DNA of 63,535 nt, counting the filler, from Octopus bimaculoides (taxonomy: Eukaryota): the NCBI RefSeq assembly GCF_001194135.2. It is 6 parts of 5 records of this genome, joined end to end, with 100 filler letters (N's around TTAATTAATTAA, not from the genome) between each part and the next. Parts side by side here need not be neighbours in the genome. Positions count along the whole stretch, not along the records: positions 12,555 to 17,048 come from NC_068987.1; positions 17,149 to 36,914 come from NC_068981.1; 4 more parts are not named here. One strand, written 5' to 3'. The notes under the pieces were generated by a model, which was given only the letters and a program-made list of their open reading frames with translations, was not told the DNA's origin and made no database searches. A program made the translations under genes and the position numbers. Positions 12,555-25,943 of this stretch are shown here, in pieces (the stretch's first letter is position 1; every line of letters starts with the position of its first letter).

Positions 12555-12839
12555 TTTACTCAATCTCTGCGATATTATTGCAGTAAAGGCTTTGTAGATC
12601 GTAGGGAGACAGGTTATAGGTCTATAGTTTTGTGGTTTCTCCGTTTCCGTGGATTTGGGGATTAAGATGGTTTTCCCTTTTGTGAGCCATTCAGGCATTG
12701 TTTCTGGACCTGCTATTATGTTGTTAAAGTTTTCTGCCAGCTTTTTATGCATTGCTGGCAGGTGTTTAAACCAGAAATTGGGGATCTTGTCGTGTCCAGG
12801 TGCTTTCCAGTTGCTTAGTCTTTGCAGTGTCTGGGTGAC

Positions 12840-12840
<1 letters not shown>
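12555..12840 (-). pseudogene. Non-LTR retrotransposon RT fragment, R4/Dong-like (RLE clade)
   Basis: LSNWKAPGHDKIPNFWFK..MPEWLTKGKTILIPK..NYRPITCLPTIYKAFTAII; the 5'-truncated end abuts an (AAT)n tract at 12841-12896. Confidence 0.88.
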
Positions 12841-12872
<32 letters not shown>

Positions 12873-12893
12873 CATTATTATTATTATTATTAT

Positions 12894-13003
12894 TATCAGC
12901 CGAAACGTTATATTTACAACAACAAAATGAGGATAAACATCCGTCACATTTAAATAATGTAAATAATATACATAATTCCTCTTCTCTTTAAATATAGAAC
13001 TGT
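12894..13003 (+). mobile_element. 5'-truncated second copy of the HHR-SINE 3' region
   Basis: tatcagccgaaacgtt..gaggataaacatccgtcac..aattcctcttctctttaaatatagaactgt aligns with 11107-11216 and begins inside HHR stem II. Confidence 0.85.
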
Positions 13004-14149
13004 AAATTCATTTGTTGTGAAATAGATTATTGATATTTCATTATTCATCTATAATAAACATGCATATAAATCTAATAAGGAATACAATGGTATAAAAATC
13101 TTTAGAAGAATTGAAAGAATAATGAAATAACCGGAAACACAAGCAGACATCAAGAATATCCTGAGGAAATTATAATTGGTTTTCTATTAATAATTAGGTG
13201 ATCACAATAAAGTGCTATTAATTTAGCAAGGGATCTTGATTCTAGAGAACTTCAAATTCTTTGACTTCGGACTTTTACGAAACTAACTATGTGTCAGCTA
13301 TACTACGTTGTTTGATTACATCTTATATATTTGTATAATTTGGTGGCTGATGTAAAGGTTTTATACGAAGAAAGAAGACGAATAAAATATTCTGAGAAAA
13401 AAATTAAATAAACCTGTGTCTAAAAGTTATAGACTAATAATTGTATTTGAAGACTAGATGTAAAGATGAAAATTGAAATGCGTTAGATCTAAAGAAAATA
13501 ATACGACTGAGAAAAGACACATAAAGTCAATGTTTATTTAAAATTAAAATAATTTCATTTGAAGTAGAAGCAATTTCAGAAGAAGAAAAACTTAAACGCT
13601 TAAAATTGATTTTTTTTGTTTATTGAAAAATATAAAATTAAACAACAATAGGAGAATCAGCAAGAAATTTTAGACGAGAGATGTACAATAAAAATGGAAA
13701 TATAGCATGGATTTTAGTGTTAGTAAATTAATAGATAATGAAAGTAAACAAAGAAGAAAAATAACGGTAACTTTTTCACGGTTAAAAACATTTTAAAGCA
13801 ATGAAATTTTGGCAAAGAAGCTGACATCATATTAGAAATTCTGTTTTTAACAATTAAAACATTATTAAAACGCATTATCTTATATAGTGTAGAGCTCATA
13901 CTACAAAGCAGTTGGTTTAAGAAAATATCGATTAATTAGTTATTATTGACAGTGAGTTAATAAATATAATGTCTGTAATTAGAAAATTAGAAGCTGTATA
14001 GCTAAGCTTAACGAAGCACACTATTAATTAGGACTTACATGTGTAATGGGTCAATATATTTATTTCAAAGAGTATAGATATTTTATGTTTGTTTTACATG
14101 TAATGAATGGTTACATGATATACTGGTTGAACAGATGGCAAGGTGGACG

Positions 14150-14720
14150 AGGTCATGTCTGAAATTTCGTAGTTTAAATTGTACTGTGATCGTGCAAGGG
14201 AAGAAAGTTTCTTCGCTAAAGTTCAAAATATTCGCTGTGTGCTATGTTTGATTTCTCTGCAATACAGGGGTGGCATTATCTTTTTCCTCCGTTATCTGCT
14301 AACGTTAGCAATGATGTTGAAGTATATTTGGAGGTTGTCCACTCTTCTATTTTAAGGTTATTTTCCACATTAGGCAAAATATGGTAAGTCTTTTATTCTT
14401 ATCTGCAAACGAAGCCAAGTGCTGCAGGTGTTCTTCCTTGATGTTATTTCCAGTCATACCAATGTAAGTTCTCACAGTTTTATATAACATGTCGTTGATT
14501 TTAACCTTGTAATTCAACTATTATTCAAGAAACGTATTATTCAAAAGACAGCAACTGAGAAATCTGGATAGTCGTTTCTAATGCTATTATTTTTATTGTG
14601 ATTAAAGATTCCATAACCTATTGAAGGTCATGTTAATTTTGTGAGAATGTGTCTTTGTAGTCACATTTATTCTGATTGGAGGAAAATATGGCATGAGTTT
14701 TCTCTGTACATTTTTGTTTG
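14150..14720 (-). pseudogene. Old Penelope-like GIY-YIG/linker remnant
   Basis: Minus-strand translation gives YKVKIND..VRTYIGMTGNNIKEEHLQHLASF..MWKI and NILNFSEETFFPC..FKLRNF; upstream PYFPP..NVTT resembles the PLE WFNPP linker. Confidence 0.6.
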
Positions 14721-16023
14721 TTTCGACGTAGATTACAGTGTTCCTAAAATTAGGTGCTACTAAGAATCAGTTGGAATATGGAATTGAAGTTTTTGAGAGT
14801 TGTTTTGCGAGATGACACGTTGAAAACACACCTACGTATACTATAAAATGGTTTACTTATTTTTCTCATAATATACATAATGGGACTACTCTTAATACAT
14901 TCTGTACCGGAGAGTCGTTCCTGTGAACCACAATTCTGGAGTCATTTATTGCATTGTTAAATGCATAGGCGTTCTGAATGCCAACTAGCAACTTAACTAT
15001 TGCATTATGTGCGGATAACATCTCTAAATCACTTACTCCCTAACTATTGATTCTTTGATACGACATATAATGCACAATGTGCCAGCTGTATTTTACAAAT
15101 ATTGCTTTATTACAGTGAGAATTTTCAATAAAATGAAGTATACGCTTGAATGATGAGGTGAGAATAAGACTGAATGTAACTTCTTTGTCCAAAATAAGCT
15201 GGAAATATAAAAGAGACATTTGTTTTAGACTGGCTAATATTCTTTAATTTTCACCAATTTATACATTCACTACATCGAATATATTGACACTAACATACAA
15301 GTTATAATAAAGTTGATATATATCATACAGAATAAAGTCGAAATCAGCATTCCAAATTGATTATAAACGTGTAGTTATTTTTCTTCATTGATCTGTATCA
15401 AATTCGAAACATTCTGCGCAGGTCTTTAGAAGTAAATATGCACTATTAAGAGACAGTGTATGACAATGCACTTTTAACCTTATAAAATATCCAATGATAT
15501 ATAATACTCTAAGGCAATCAATTGAATAACATAAAATAGAAATTGCGTGTAGCTAACCAGTTACGAATATTCTCGTACAAGTTGATATGCGTAAACAATA
15601 GATATTATGCTTCCTACGTTTAGTTTATGCACTTTGCAAGGCAAATATAATAAATTATAAAAGAATAGCCGCAATGTACAGCGTTCTTAGCTGTAATGTA
15701 TTAATAAGCTGGGTTAACGTACGTAAGAAAATCTCATAAGGATATATTTGACGCCTCTGTACTTCAACGTAAAGAACAATGCTTAGAAATACGGCTTCGA
15801 ATTCAGGAGATTTCAGTGGTGCCTATCTATATAATGTAATACATTATAATATAATATAATATGATATATTAAAAAATATAACATAACCTGAGTATGAATG
15901 TATGTATCTACACATACACTGACAGACACAGACACACACACACGCACACACACACATACATATCTGCATATAAATATTTACATATGCATATATATATATA
16001 TATATATACGTCTGTACATATGC

Positions 16024-16054
<31 letters not shown>

Positions 16055-16415
16055 NNNNNNNNNNNNNNNNNNNNNNNNNNNNNNNNNNNNNNNNNNNNNN
16101 NNNNNNNNNNNNNNNNNNNNNNNNNNNNNNNNNNNNNNNNNNNNNNNNNNNNNNNNNNNNNNNNNNNNNNNNNNNNNNNNNNNNNNNNNNNNNNNNNNNN
16201 NNNNNNNNNNNNNNNNNNNNNNNNNNNNNNNNNNNNNNNNNNNNNNNNNNNNNNNNNNNNNNNNNNNNNNNNNNNNNNNNNNNNNNNNNNNNNNNNNNNN
16301 NNNNNNNNNNNNNNNNNNNNNNNNNNNNNNNNNNNNNNNNNNNNNNNNNNNNNNNNNNNNNNNNNNNNNNNNNNNNNNNNNNNNNNNNNNNNNNNNNNNN
16401 NNNNNNNNNNNNNNN

Positions 16416-16499
<84 letters not shown>

Positions 16500-17009
16500 G
16501 GAGAGGGACAGAGACAGGGACAGAAAGATATATACATGTCAACAAAGATACCTGTGTATGTACGCATGTATGCATGTATATTATCTACTAACAATATATT
16601 GTAATGAAGCACCTAAAAGGCAGTTTCATATAGTGAAAGGAAAGAAAACAAATGCACATGCCAACACACCCACCCACAATATATATGTGTGAGTGTGTGT
16701 ACACGCGCGCGCGTGTGAATGTATATGTGTATATGTTTCTCTGCGTGTGTCTGTGTCTGTGTTTGCGTATATACATGAATACGTAAGTATATGTAGCGCT
16801 ATACTCGTACTCGAACATTATAAAATATATAAGCATAAAAGTATAAAACTAACCGCATTAGAATACTGAGTACGTGACATAGACACAAACACGCGCACGT
16901 TGAGGCAAAGGGTGCACGCAAATACAATCATATATACGCGGACACAGATATACGTATAGAAGCATACACACACACACAAACAAACACATATATGCATATG
17001 TATGCATAT

Positions 17010-17048
<39 letters not shown>

Positions 17049-17197
17049 NNNNNNNNNNNNNNNNNNNNNNNNNNNNNNNNNNNNNNNNNNNNTTAATTAA
17101 TTAANNNNNNNNNNNNNNNNNNNNNNNNNNNNNNNNNNNNNNNNNNNNAAAACAGCAGATGCACAGACAGACCAACTAGACAGTCAGACAGAGAGGC

Positions 17198-17228
<31 letters not shown>

Positions 17229-18118
17229 TAGATAGATAAATAGAGAGATAGATAAATGGATAGATAGATAGATAGATAGATAGACAGATAGATAGATAGA
17301 TAGATAGACAGACAGACAAATGTGTAAATTTTCCACAGTATAAAGATACCAATGCACGTGATCTATCCATGAAAATCCCATCCTCACATCTGGACCCAAG
17401 AAAACACTAAGTTACTTTTCAAACCTATTTTTAATATAAATTACCGTCACAAAGCACCTTTAATACTATAATGTTCGAAGACTCTCTTGTACTGTAGAAG
17501 GATGCATATTATGATAGTATTCGTTTGATATACTTTATACTGAATTGTCAACGTCGAATACCTATTCATTGATGCTATAGTTATAATGCTGTATTTATGA
17601 TTAGACAGAGATCATTGTTAGTTAACTCCAAACTACTTTATCACTTTTTAGTCTTCTGTGAATGCCCTCAACTTTGACTTACATCAATCTGAAAAAATGA
17701 CAAACGCTGTACATGGGTTATGACATCTATTCACAGTTGACATAATACATACATGTCTACATATTTTCTGTGTATTGCTTACTGTTTGATATTCAATCCC
17801 ACCCTGACATTATTCACCTCAATCCTATTTATAATCTCGATTTTTCATCCACACAATATTCTAAGCATGACGAATTGCAAACAATAGATTTTTCACTTCA
17901 TCTTCATCATTACCAGGAATGAGCATAACAGCCTAACAAGCTTTGAAAACGTATATTGCCTTACAGTATCCTTACAATATAACAAGCGTGTTTGCACGCG
18001 CGCGTGTGTGTGCGTGTGTGCGTGTGTGCGTGTGTACGTATGCAGATATATATGCATTTGTGGTGTATAGATGTGTGTGTATATGCATATCTAGATCTAT
18101 CTCTCGGTAAAACTTTCT

Positions 18119-18153
<35 letters not shown>

Positions 18154-18182
18154 TTCTCTCTCTCTCTCTCTCNNNNNNNNNN

Positions 18183-18233
<51 letters not shown>

Positions 18234-19589
18234 TATGTATGTATGTATGTATATGTATATGTATGTTTATGTATGTATGTATATTCTACAAATTATGAAT
18301 AGGAAATAAATTAATACTCAAAGTGCATTTAAACATTGTTTGCTTCTATATATACGCATATGTGGGAGAGTTTTTGAGTGAAATTTTATTCATTCAAATT
18401 ATATTAATCACCATCAGGTTATTACAATGGTGATGGTAATGTAGATTGAAATGTTGCTACAGAATGAGTTGATGCTGTACAATGGTTCCTTGTAAAGTCA
18501 TATGTACTTGATATTAATTATGTCTTATTTATAGCACGCCAAATATTAGTACTGTAAACTTTTGAACAAAATGAAGAGATACATCATAAAATTATTAACT
18601 CGGCACACGTATTGCAATCAATCTGATAGCAATGCAGCAGTTAGCTATTTGGCTCTTTGGCTCCCTACTATGTTCGTTGAAGTGCTACACAAATTTGAAT
18701 TCTGCTCGGTGTTTAAAGATGAGTATTACGGATATGTAAAGTGAGCAACACATTAAATATTATACAATGCGATAATAAGGAAATATATTGAAAAATATCT
18801 AACTAGATGAAATAGAATATAAAGTGAAAATTGTGAGATCAGACATCGCCGAAACAGGTCTACGTCGGTGTGACAGGAATAACGATAGCATGAAGATTAT
18901 AGGAAAAACGTGATGCTAATGGCTGATTGGTTCTAAGGTTGCTCCGAGAAAACTGGTAAAAGACCCACCTAATCAGATATTTATTAAATACGTCAGCAAA
19001 ATATCAGTGGATCATTAGGATTTTAGACAAGATCAGATATACTCCCGGTATCTTATTAATACTAATTGATATAAACGAAGCAATGATAATTAAAATTTAA
19101 ATCAGCAAAGTTTCTATCTGTATATTTTAAATATGTAGTAAATGCATGTATATTATCCATCATAAATTTGGCCTGCACATAATTTTCCGAGATTCATCAA
19201 CAGATTAACATCGAATAAATACATGAGTGCTGCTTTTGATAGCATAAGTGTTTGTACTATGTTCATCTTACTACTAATCGATGACTAGAATCGATGACAA
19301 GATTAAAACACTGTGTGCTACAAATACAGTTAGCAACGCAGATGCATGCATTTAGCATTTACACATGTTTGGATATTTTGTTCACTCAACGAAAACATCA
19401 ATCACGGTTGATCTTCTCTTTCTCCTCATATTCTGTATCGTTGTTTCCCTCATACTGCTGATGTGGGCTGCATCGCCTGGATGTAGTTCGGCAGGCTGTC
19501 TACCGACATTCTGCCGGACTTATCCGTGGAGAAGCACACGACTTCACTATTTCTCATGAGCTGTATGAAATAGGGAAGTAGTCTGCTTT

Positions 19590-19874
19590 CCCACGGACAT
19601 TGGATAGACTGCATGTAGCATAGGGTAGTGTAAAGATGAGCATTGACGAGAGCTCAATGAACGGAAAAATTCGTCAGTGCTCTACCAACATGCTCAGGCA
19701 GAGTATGGAGGCTCGATTAATAGCATAGATGTTAAAGTACTATCGATACATAGAACTGACACGACACTTAGACAGATCACAGAAGCTATACACATATCAG
19801 TAAACAGACTGAGTCTCAATAGAAAATATGAATGGAACAGTAACACCCACTACAACGTCACACCACATGACTAA
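19590..19874 (+). pseudogene. Penelope-like GIY-YIG C-terminal remnant
   Basis: DIG*TACSIG*CKDEH*RELNERKNSSVLYQHAQAEYGG..LRQITEAIHI..LNRKYEW matches the YIGxTxR..EH..S.L..H..RQI.EA..I..LN.K.EW pattern. Confidence 0.65.
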
Positions 19875-20763
19875 AGACAGTTGTGATGAGAATAGAGAAG
19901 GGAAAAGCGTAATACACAGAAATATACAGGGTAATGCGCACACAATAGACATATATGCAATTACCCATGATTCTTATGAGAAATACAGATAGACGTATAA
20001 AAAGGGAAAAATAATTGGTAAATAAAGCAAATATATAAATATATCTATCCTATACCGATGATAAATATAAGATATAGAGAGAGATAAAATAAATTTTAAA
20101 AATACTATATATATATGGCATGGATACATAGTACAGACGAAGCGAACCCTTACACACAAGCACACACACATGAAATCTCTCGGAGGCCATAACAATTTCA
20201 ACAGCACAGCTAACAACATCAGCAACAGCGGCGGTGCCAACGATGGCAATAACATCTACAGCAACAACAACTACCGCGATGGCAACACCGTGGGCGAACA
20301 CACATAAACAGAGAAATAGAGGAATTTGCCATTTTCTATATTTTTCTGGGGGTTTTTTTTCGCGTTTTAAGACAGCAGCACAATGGCTGAATGAAAGGCG
20401 ACACTGCTGCTAAAAGGTATGCAACACACAAACAATCATGCACGCGCGCGCGCTCAAACAAGGACACAAATGCATGCGCACATAAGTATACACATCTTAG
20501 AACGATTGAATGGAGTAAGTGGAGGAAATCACACACCGAAACGAAAAGTGTCACTGAAGAGGTCACAGATGTGTGACGAAAGATTTCCGCACAATGGACT
20601 AGAATGAAAATAGCAAAGTAAGAACAGTAATTAATGATTGAATAAATAACAGATAGTGCATGTATTTATTAAGCAAAAAAGAAAAAGTAACGACCATCCC
20701 GAAATACAATATCTGTTTCAACATACGATTTCACATCAGGAATATTGCAAATCGAATTGGTAA

Positions 20764-20800
<37 letters not shown>

Positions 20801-21750
20801 NNNNNNNNNNNNNNNNNNNNNNNNNNNNNNNNNNNNNNNNNNNNNNNNNNNNNNNNNNNNNNNNNNNNNNNNNNNNNNNNNNNNNNNNNNNNNNNNNNNN
20901 NNNNNNNNNNNNNNNNNNNNNNNNNNNNNNNNNNNNNNNNNNNNNNNNNNTATTTCGTTAGGTATAGCGAATCTAATAACCTGGTGTAGAACTCGTTATA
21001 CATATGGTCCAGAACACAGCGTTAGAAGTGTATAGAATAGTGATTGGAACAAAGAGGTGACACCTAAAAAACAAAAGTTATGTAATGAGATTCATTTGCT
21101 TACAGGAGTCTCTGCTATAATATGTGCTCTACTCTTATTTGCGTACCTGGATAACATCCTTTAGCTTCATCACAGCCTGGAATGTGATGTGCACTTTCTT
21201 TGGGAAAATTAACTTTCGGAAGATACAGGTCTTACGAGTGAGAAAGATTATGTTGAAGCTTGTGAACAATTCTGTCCACCATATATTACAGCAGAAATAG
21301 CTGTAAGCTAATGAGGTTCATTAGCAAAACATGACTTTTATTTTCCCAGTATCATCTTTTTTGTTGCGATATATATGTATCTATGTAGGTGGCGCTTACA
21401 CACAATATGCGGAAATTACACATATAATCACATACACGTACGACTCAATCACCAAATAGCAAATTACACACTTGAGGCCCTAATTCCACCTTGACATTAC
21501 ACAATACTCCTGAAGCGAAGGACCTCAGATACATCTTAACACACTATACTCCGATGCATAACATAGCATTATATGACAGCAATAATTCATTTGCTGATTA
21601 GATTCTTTATAGCTTTAGTTTGTTAAATTTAGACTGATGATATGCTACATTACTGTTAAAAATATTATCTGAAATTAAAAATTTGACTGTTAAAATCGCT
21701 ACCCATTCCACTCTTATATTTTGATTGATGTCACATTGTTTTATGATTAT

Positions 21751-22880
21751 ACTAGCTGATTTACCCGGTAATAACTGGAAAAGCGAAATTATTTCCAGTT
21801 CCCGTTACCATTACACTTTTTCATGTTCTATCCCGTTCCTTGTTCAGTTTCCGTTTTAGTTCCATTCCTATTCCTATCCCTAATCCTATGTCAATTTATA
21901 ATTTTTAGAATCAGTTAGGTGTAATTAAGCCACTAAGTATTTTATTAACTTTCATGGTAATAGTTTGTTTGCTAAAAATACGTATTACAAACTATTGACA
22001 CTATTAGTGGGTGAATAAGGAATATCCCTATATTATTTTAACAAACAAATATGCATCTGAGTAAAACAAATTAGTTGACTGGTAATAACGGAAAAGCGGG
22101 AGTTATTGCCAGTTCCTATTTATGCTGTTCCATGTGCTATCTCGTTCCCTGTTCAGTTCCCGTCTTTATGCCCAACCCGTCGTTTATGATAATAGTTTAT
22201 TACTAAAAATATGGATTACAAACTATTAATTCCATTAGTGGGTGAATAAGGAATGTCTTTATATTATTTTAACAAATGAATATGCATCTGGGTAAAATAA
22301 ATAAGATACACAGAGAGATTTACTAATACATTCACGAATAGTTTGTGTATTGTTGCTGGCGTTGTCATGTGTTGTAGTCTATCGTAGCGTAGTCGTATCT
22401 CACGCTGAGCGATAAAAATGATTATCATCTTAATGTGATTTGGATTTAATTCATCAAATTAATCTCATGGTTAACCAACTTCCAAGTCATCCGGCATTGC
22501 ATTCTTACATGTTCTATCCACGAATCCTGCAGCTGACCGGGTCCTTAGTGTGACCTTAGCGTGACGTACGGGTGCTGCATGCAATATTGTTTTCCTTTTG
22601 GAAAGTTGAGTTGTTCTCACAAAGGTCGCACACTGTTTATATGAAAAAGTGCATGGTTAAGCTTTACAGAAGCCTCACTTAATTCATGTCCGTAGATGTG
22701 TTATTGAATTGTAAACCTGCACTACAGCACCCCCTATGGGGCAAATTATAGAACCTTATTGAAATCTACTTATCCTATAATTCAACTTGATGTTTGTTTA
22801 ACATGTATGCAAAGTTTCGTCACGATTGGTTCACTGGTGTAGGTAGAAAGATGGTAATGGATTGACAGAAATTGCCAATT
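21751..22880 (-). mobile_element. Helitron/Helentron-like non-autonomous element with an internal ~300-bp tandem duplication
   Basis: Minus-strand terminus CCGGGTAAATCAGCTAG|T at 21751. 21766-22070 is repeated at about 22078-22305 (ggtaataac..gcg..ccagttcc..tacaaactatt..ttagtgggtgaataaggaat..aatatgcatctg). aagtttcgtcacgattggtt near the other end resembles a HINE-type subterminal motif. Confidence 0.5.
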
Positions 22881-25525
22881 ATGCATAAGATAGCATATTT
22901 GGAATATGTGTACAAAATAAATATAATGCATTCTACCAATTTTCCTGAAAATTAAACTGTAACAAATTGAAAATTTATTATCAAATAACGAACGTAATGC
23001 CTCACATAAACTATCAACCCTATTATTAAAGTGATGCGATGAACTGTAGTCAGCAAGATAAATTCAGAGATAATTTTTTCCATGCCAACTTAGCTACCAA
23101 TAAATTTCTTCTGACAAATAAGGGTCATTCTTAAAGAGCCCCCCCACCCAGTAGTTTCCTTTCAGCTAATACCCCTTTGAAAATATAAATCATGCTGTAA
23201 ATGAAATTTCTAAAATTCCCATCAAAGTGCTCATGTGTTCGGTACAATAATAGTCTTAATGCTGTTTGGAATTCAATGTAATTTAAAGCAGCTTTCATTT
23301 ATCTCCGGGTATTAGATTACCAACTATAAATATTTCGAAGTGTTTCAGGGAAAACTTACATACTGACGCAGCTGAAAGCTGCATTGAAAATTGGTGTCCA
23401 ATTGACAACATTTAAGAAAAAATTAAACCACGCGGTAAATTACATAGCTACTACAATAAATATTATGAAGTGATGCTTATAATCGTTAATATTCGGCTAT
23501 ATAGACAATTTGAACATTTTTGTCAATGATATGCGGAGGCTTTTAAGGAGGTTTATTATGAATGAAATGTATTAAGGCAATGTCTGTAATGGAAGATAAA
23601 TTAACAAAATATTTGACGAAATCTTTAGTTACATCTCACTAAAAACATACTGCACATTGATGATAGATTGAAATGCTTATACGTTAAGAAAAAATTAAAA
23701 TAGTAATAAAAAAGGAGTAATTAATGTGGTGTTGAGGAAAATTAAATATGAAAAAAAAATACGGTTGTAGTTCTATCATTACAGATTTTTCTTTGTATTT
23801 TCGGTTAACTACAAATTAACGTAACGGCTCTCACAATGTGAGAGACGAAGGATATTGAATACAATTCGACGGGTGTGTAGGTAGTGACTAACGTACACAA
23901 TTGACGATATAAAATGTCTGAAAATATAAGGAGCATGATGATTGTCATAGTAAAATTTTTATTTACATTTGCAGTTTTGAAAATGGGATAAGGATAAGGA
24001 TAGGTATTACGTAATTATTTATTTTATTTATAGAACATAATATATAAACGTTTGAGCAATTATTGAGTGAATATAATCTAAAACAGGTTAGTGTACTAGG
24101 AAGGCATATTAATCCACATAGTTACTGAACTTATTTATGCTTAAATCTCAAAAGAAATGCAAACGATTCAGTGTAATTACCAGCTCAGTTAAGTACAGAA
24201 GGTAATGCAGTACTATTGTGTCTGTCAGGATTCGAAGACTTATTTTGAAAATGATAGGTTGTTTCTGATAGGAGATGACAGTTTATAAGTATTACACGGT
24301 GGTGGTAAAAAGAAGTTTGGAGAGTTCAGAACAGAATGGTATTTTACTCCACGGTGTAAATAGAGAGAAACCGAGTGTGAGAAGGTTGAAAGATAACATA
24401 TAAGACAACTAGAAATTACTAGGCTTTCTTGGGAAAATGGAGGGACATTTGGGATGTTGAAAACGTGCAAGTTGGTACCAGATAGTGGAAATCGCTTCTA
24501 AAAGAGTTGTGAACAATGACTAATAAATGCCGAGTTTCCTACAGCCGAGTTGCTTATTGAGTTAACAGACTGAAACGTTTTCTATAGAGGATTTTAAAAT
24601 GCATTTATGTAACCAGTCGCTTCGTTTGGTTGATAAAATAAATATCAGGTAAGAGATATTGCGGATTAAAATTTGTTGTTTACGTCAATATTAAAAATCG
24701 TTATTTTAAATAATATGGCAAATAGTAAATTTCCCTATGTGGCATGTAAACAGTTTCTAGACATAATTATAAATGTCATTCACAGCTATTGCAGATTTCA
24801 AAGTGTATCTGCACACTCTCAACAGTTATCTATACGCTATCGATAGTGACTGTTCATTATGTTGCAGGTGTTTAAACATTACGTCCATCAAGAAAACTAT
24901 AATTGAAAAATATGAGAACAGTTCGGCTATCTTTACGTGTATATTTCTATAGATATGTACAAGCATATATATNNNNNNNNNNNNNNNNNNNNNNNNNNNN
25001 NNNNNNNNNNNNNNNNNNNNNNNNNNNNNNNNNNNNNNNNNNNNNNNNNNNNNNNNNNNNNNNNNNNNNNNNNNNNNNNNNNNNNNNNNNNNNNNNNNNN
25101 NNNNNNNNNNNNNNNNNNNNNNNNNNNNNNNNNNNNNNNNNNNNNNNNNNNNNNNNNNNNNNNNNNNNNNNNNNNNNNNNNNNNNNNNNNNNNNNNNNNN
25201 NNNNNNNNNNNNNNNNNNNNNNNNNNNNNNNNNNNNNNNNNNNNNNNNNNNNNNNNNNNNNNNNNNNNNNNNNNNNNNNNNNNNNNNNNNNNNNNNNNNN
25301 NNNNNNNNNNNNNNNNNNNNNNNNNNNNNNNNNNNNNNNNNNNNNNNNNNNNNNNNNNNNNNNNNNNNNNNNNNNNNNNNNNNNNNNNNNNNNNNNNNNN
25401 NNNNNNNNNNNNNNNNNNNNNNNNNNNNNNNNNNNNNNNNNNNNNNNNNNNNNNAGAGAGAGAGAGAGAAACGAATAAGATAAAGAGACCAATGGCGTAA
25501 GTACAATTATATTTTATGTATTAAA

Positions 25526-25574
25526 GTCTTACAGTTGTTTCGGGGAAAATTCAATGTATCCCTTCATCGGAGAC
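25526..25574 (-). ncRNA. Minimal type-I hammerhead motif (core variant CCGATGA)
   Basis: GTCT-CCGATGA-AGGGA..TCCCC-GAAA-CAACTG-TA-AGAC on the minus strand. Confidence 0.6.
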
Positions 25575-25894
25575 GGTAATAGTAGAAGAATGGATTATTA
25601 CATCTATAAGAGGAGATTTGTAGTAAGAAACACAGAGCTTTCACTCAGTCCGGACTATCCTTTAAGTAAACAATGCACAGAGAAATCTGGATGCGATATG
25701 ATATATATCCACCTTTGCAACTATAATTATCTCCGGAAAATACCCACATGGATTCTTTACATGGATGTTTACTGTTGGAATGGAACTATACTTCAAGTAC
25801 TTTTTCTTCTTTGTTCTTTCTTCTACGCATCGGTCTCATTTCTTACTACAAATCTCCTCTTATAGATGTAATAATCCAGCCTTCTACTATTACC

Positions 25895-25943
25895 GTCTCC
25901 GATGAAGGGATACATTGAATTTTCCCTGAAACAGCTGTAAGAC
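25895..25943 (+). ncRNA. Minimal type-I hammerhead motif (core variant CCGATGA)
   Basis: Stem I GTCT/AGAC, stem II AGGGA/TCCCT, GAAA, palindromic stem III ACAGCTGT, triplet GUA. Confidence 0.68.

Noticed and set aside
20170-20307. Short Asn/Gly-rich ORF (MKSLGGHNNFNS..)
   Set aside because: Best explained as a decayed AAC/AGC trinucleotide tract; no splice or homology support.
24240-24500. Minus-strand open frame of about 85 codons after a tttag acceptor
   Set aside because: No recognisable domain, and the length is compatible with chance.
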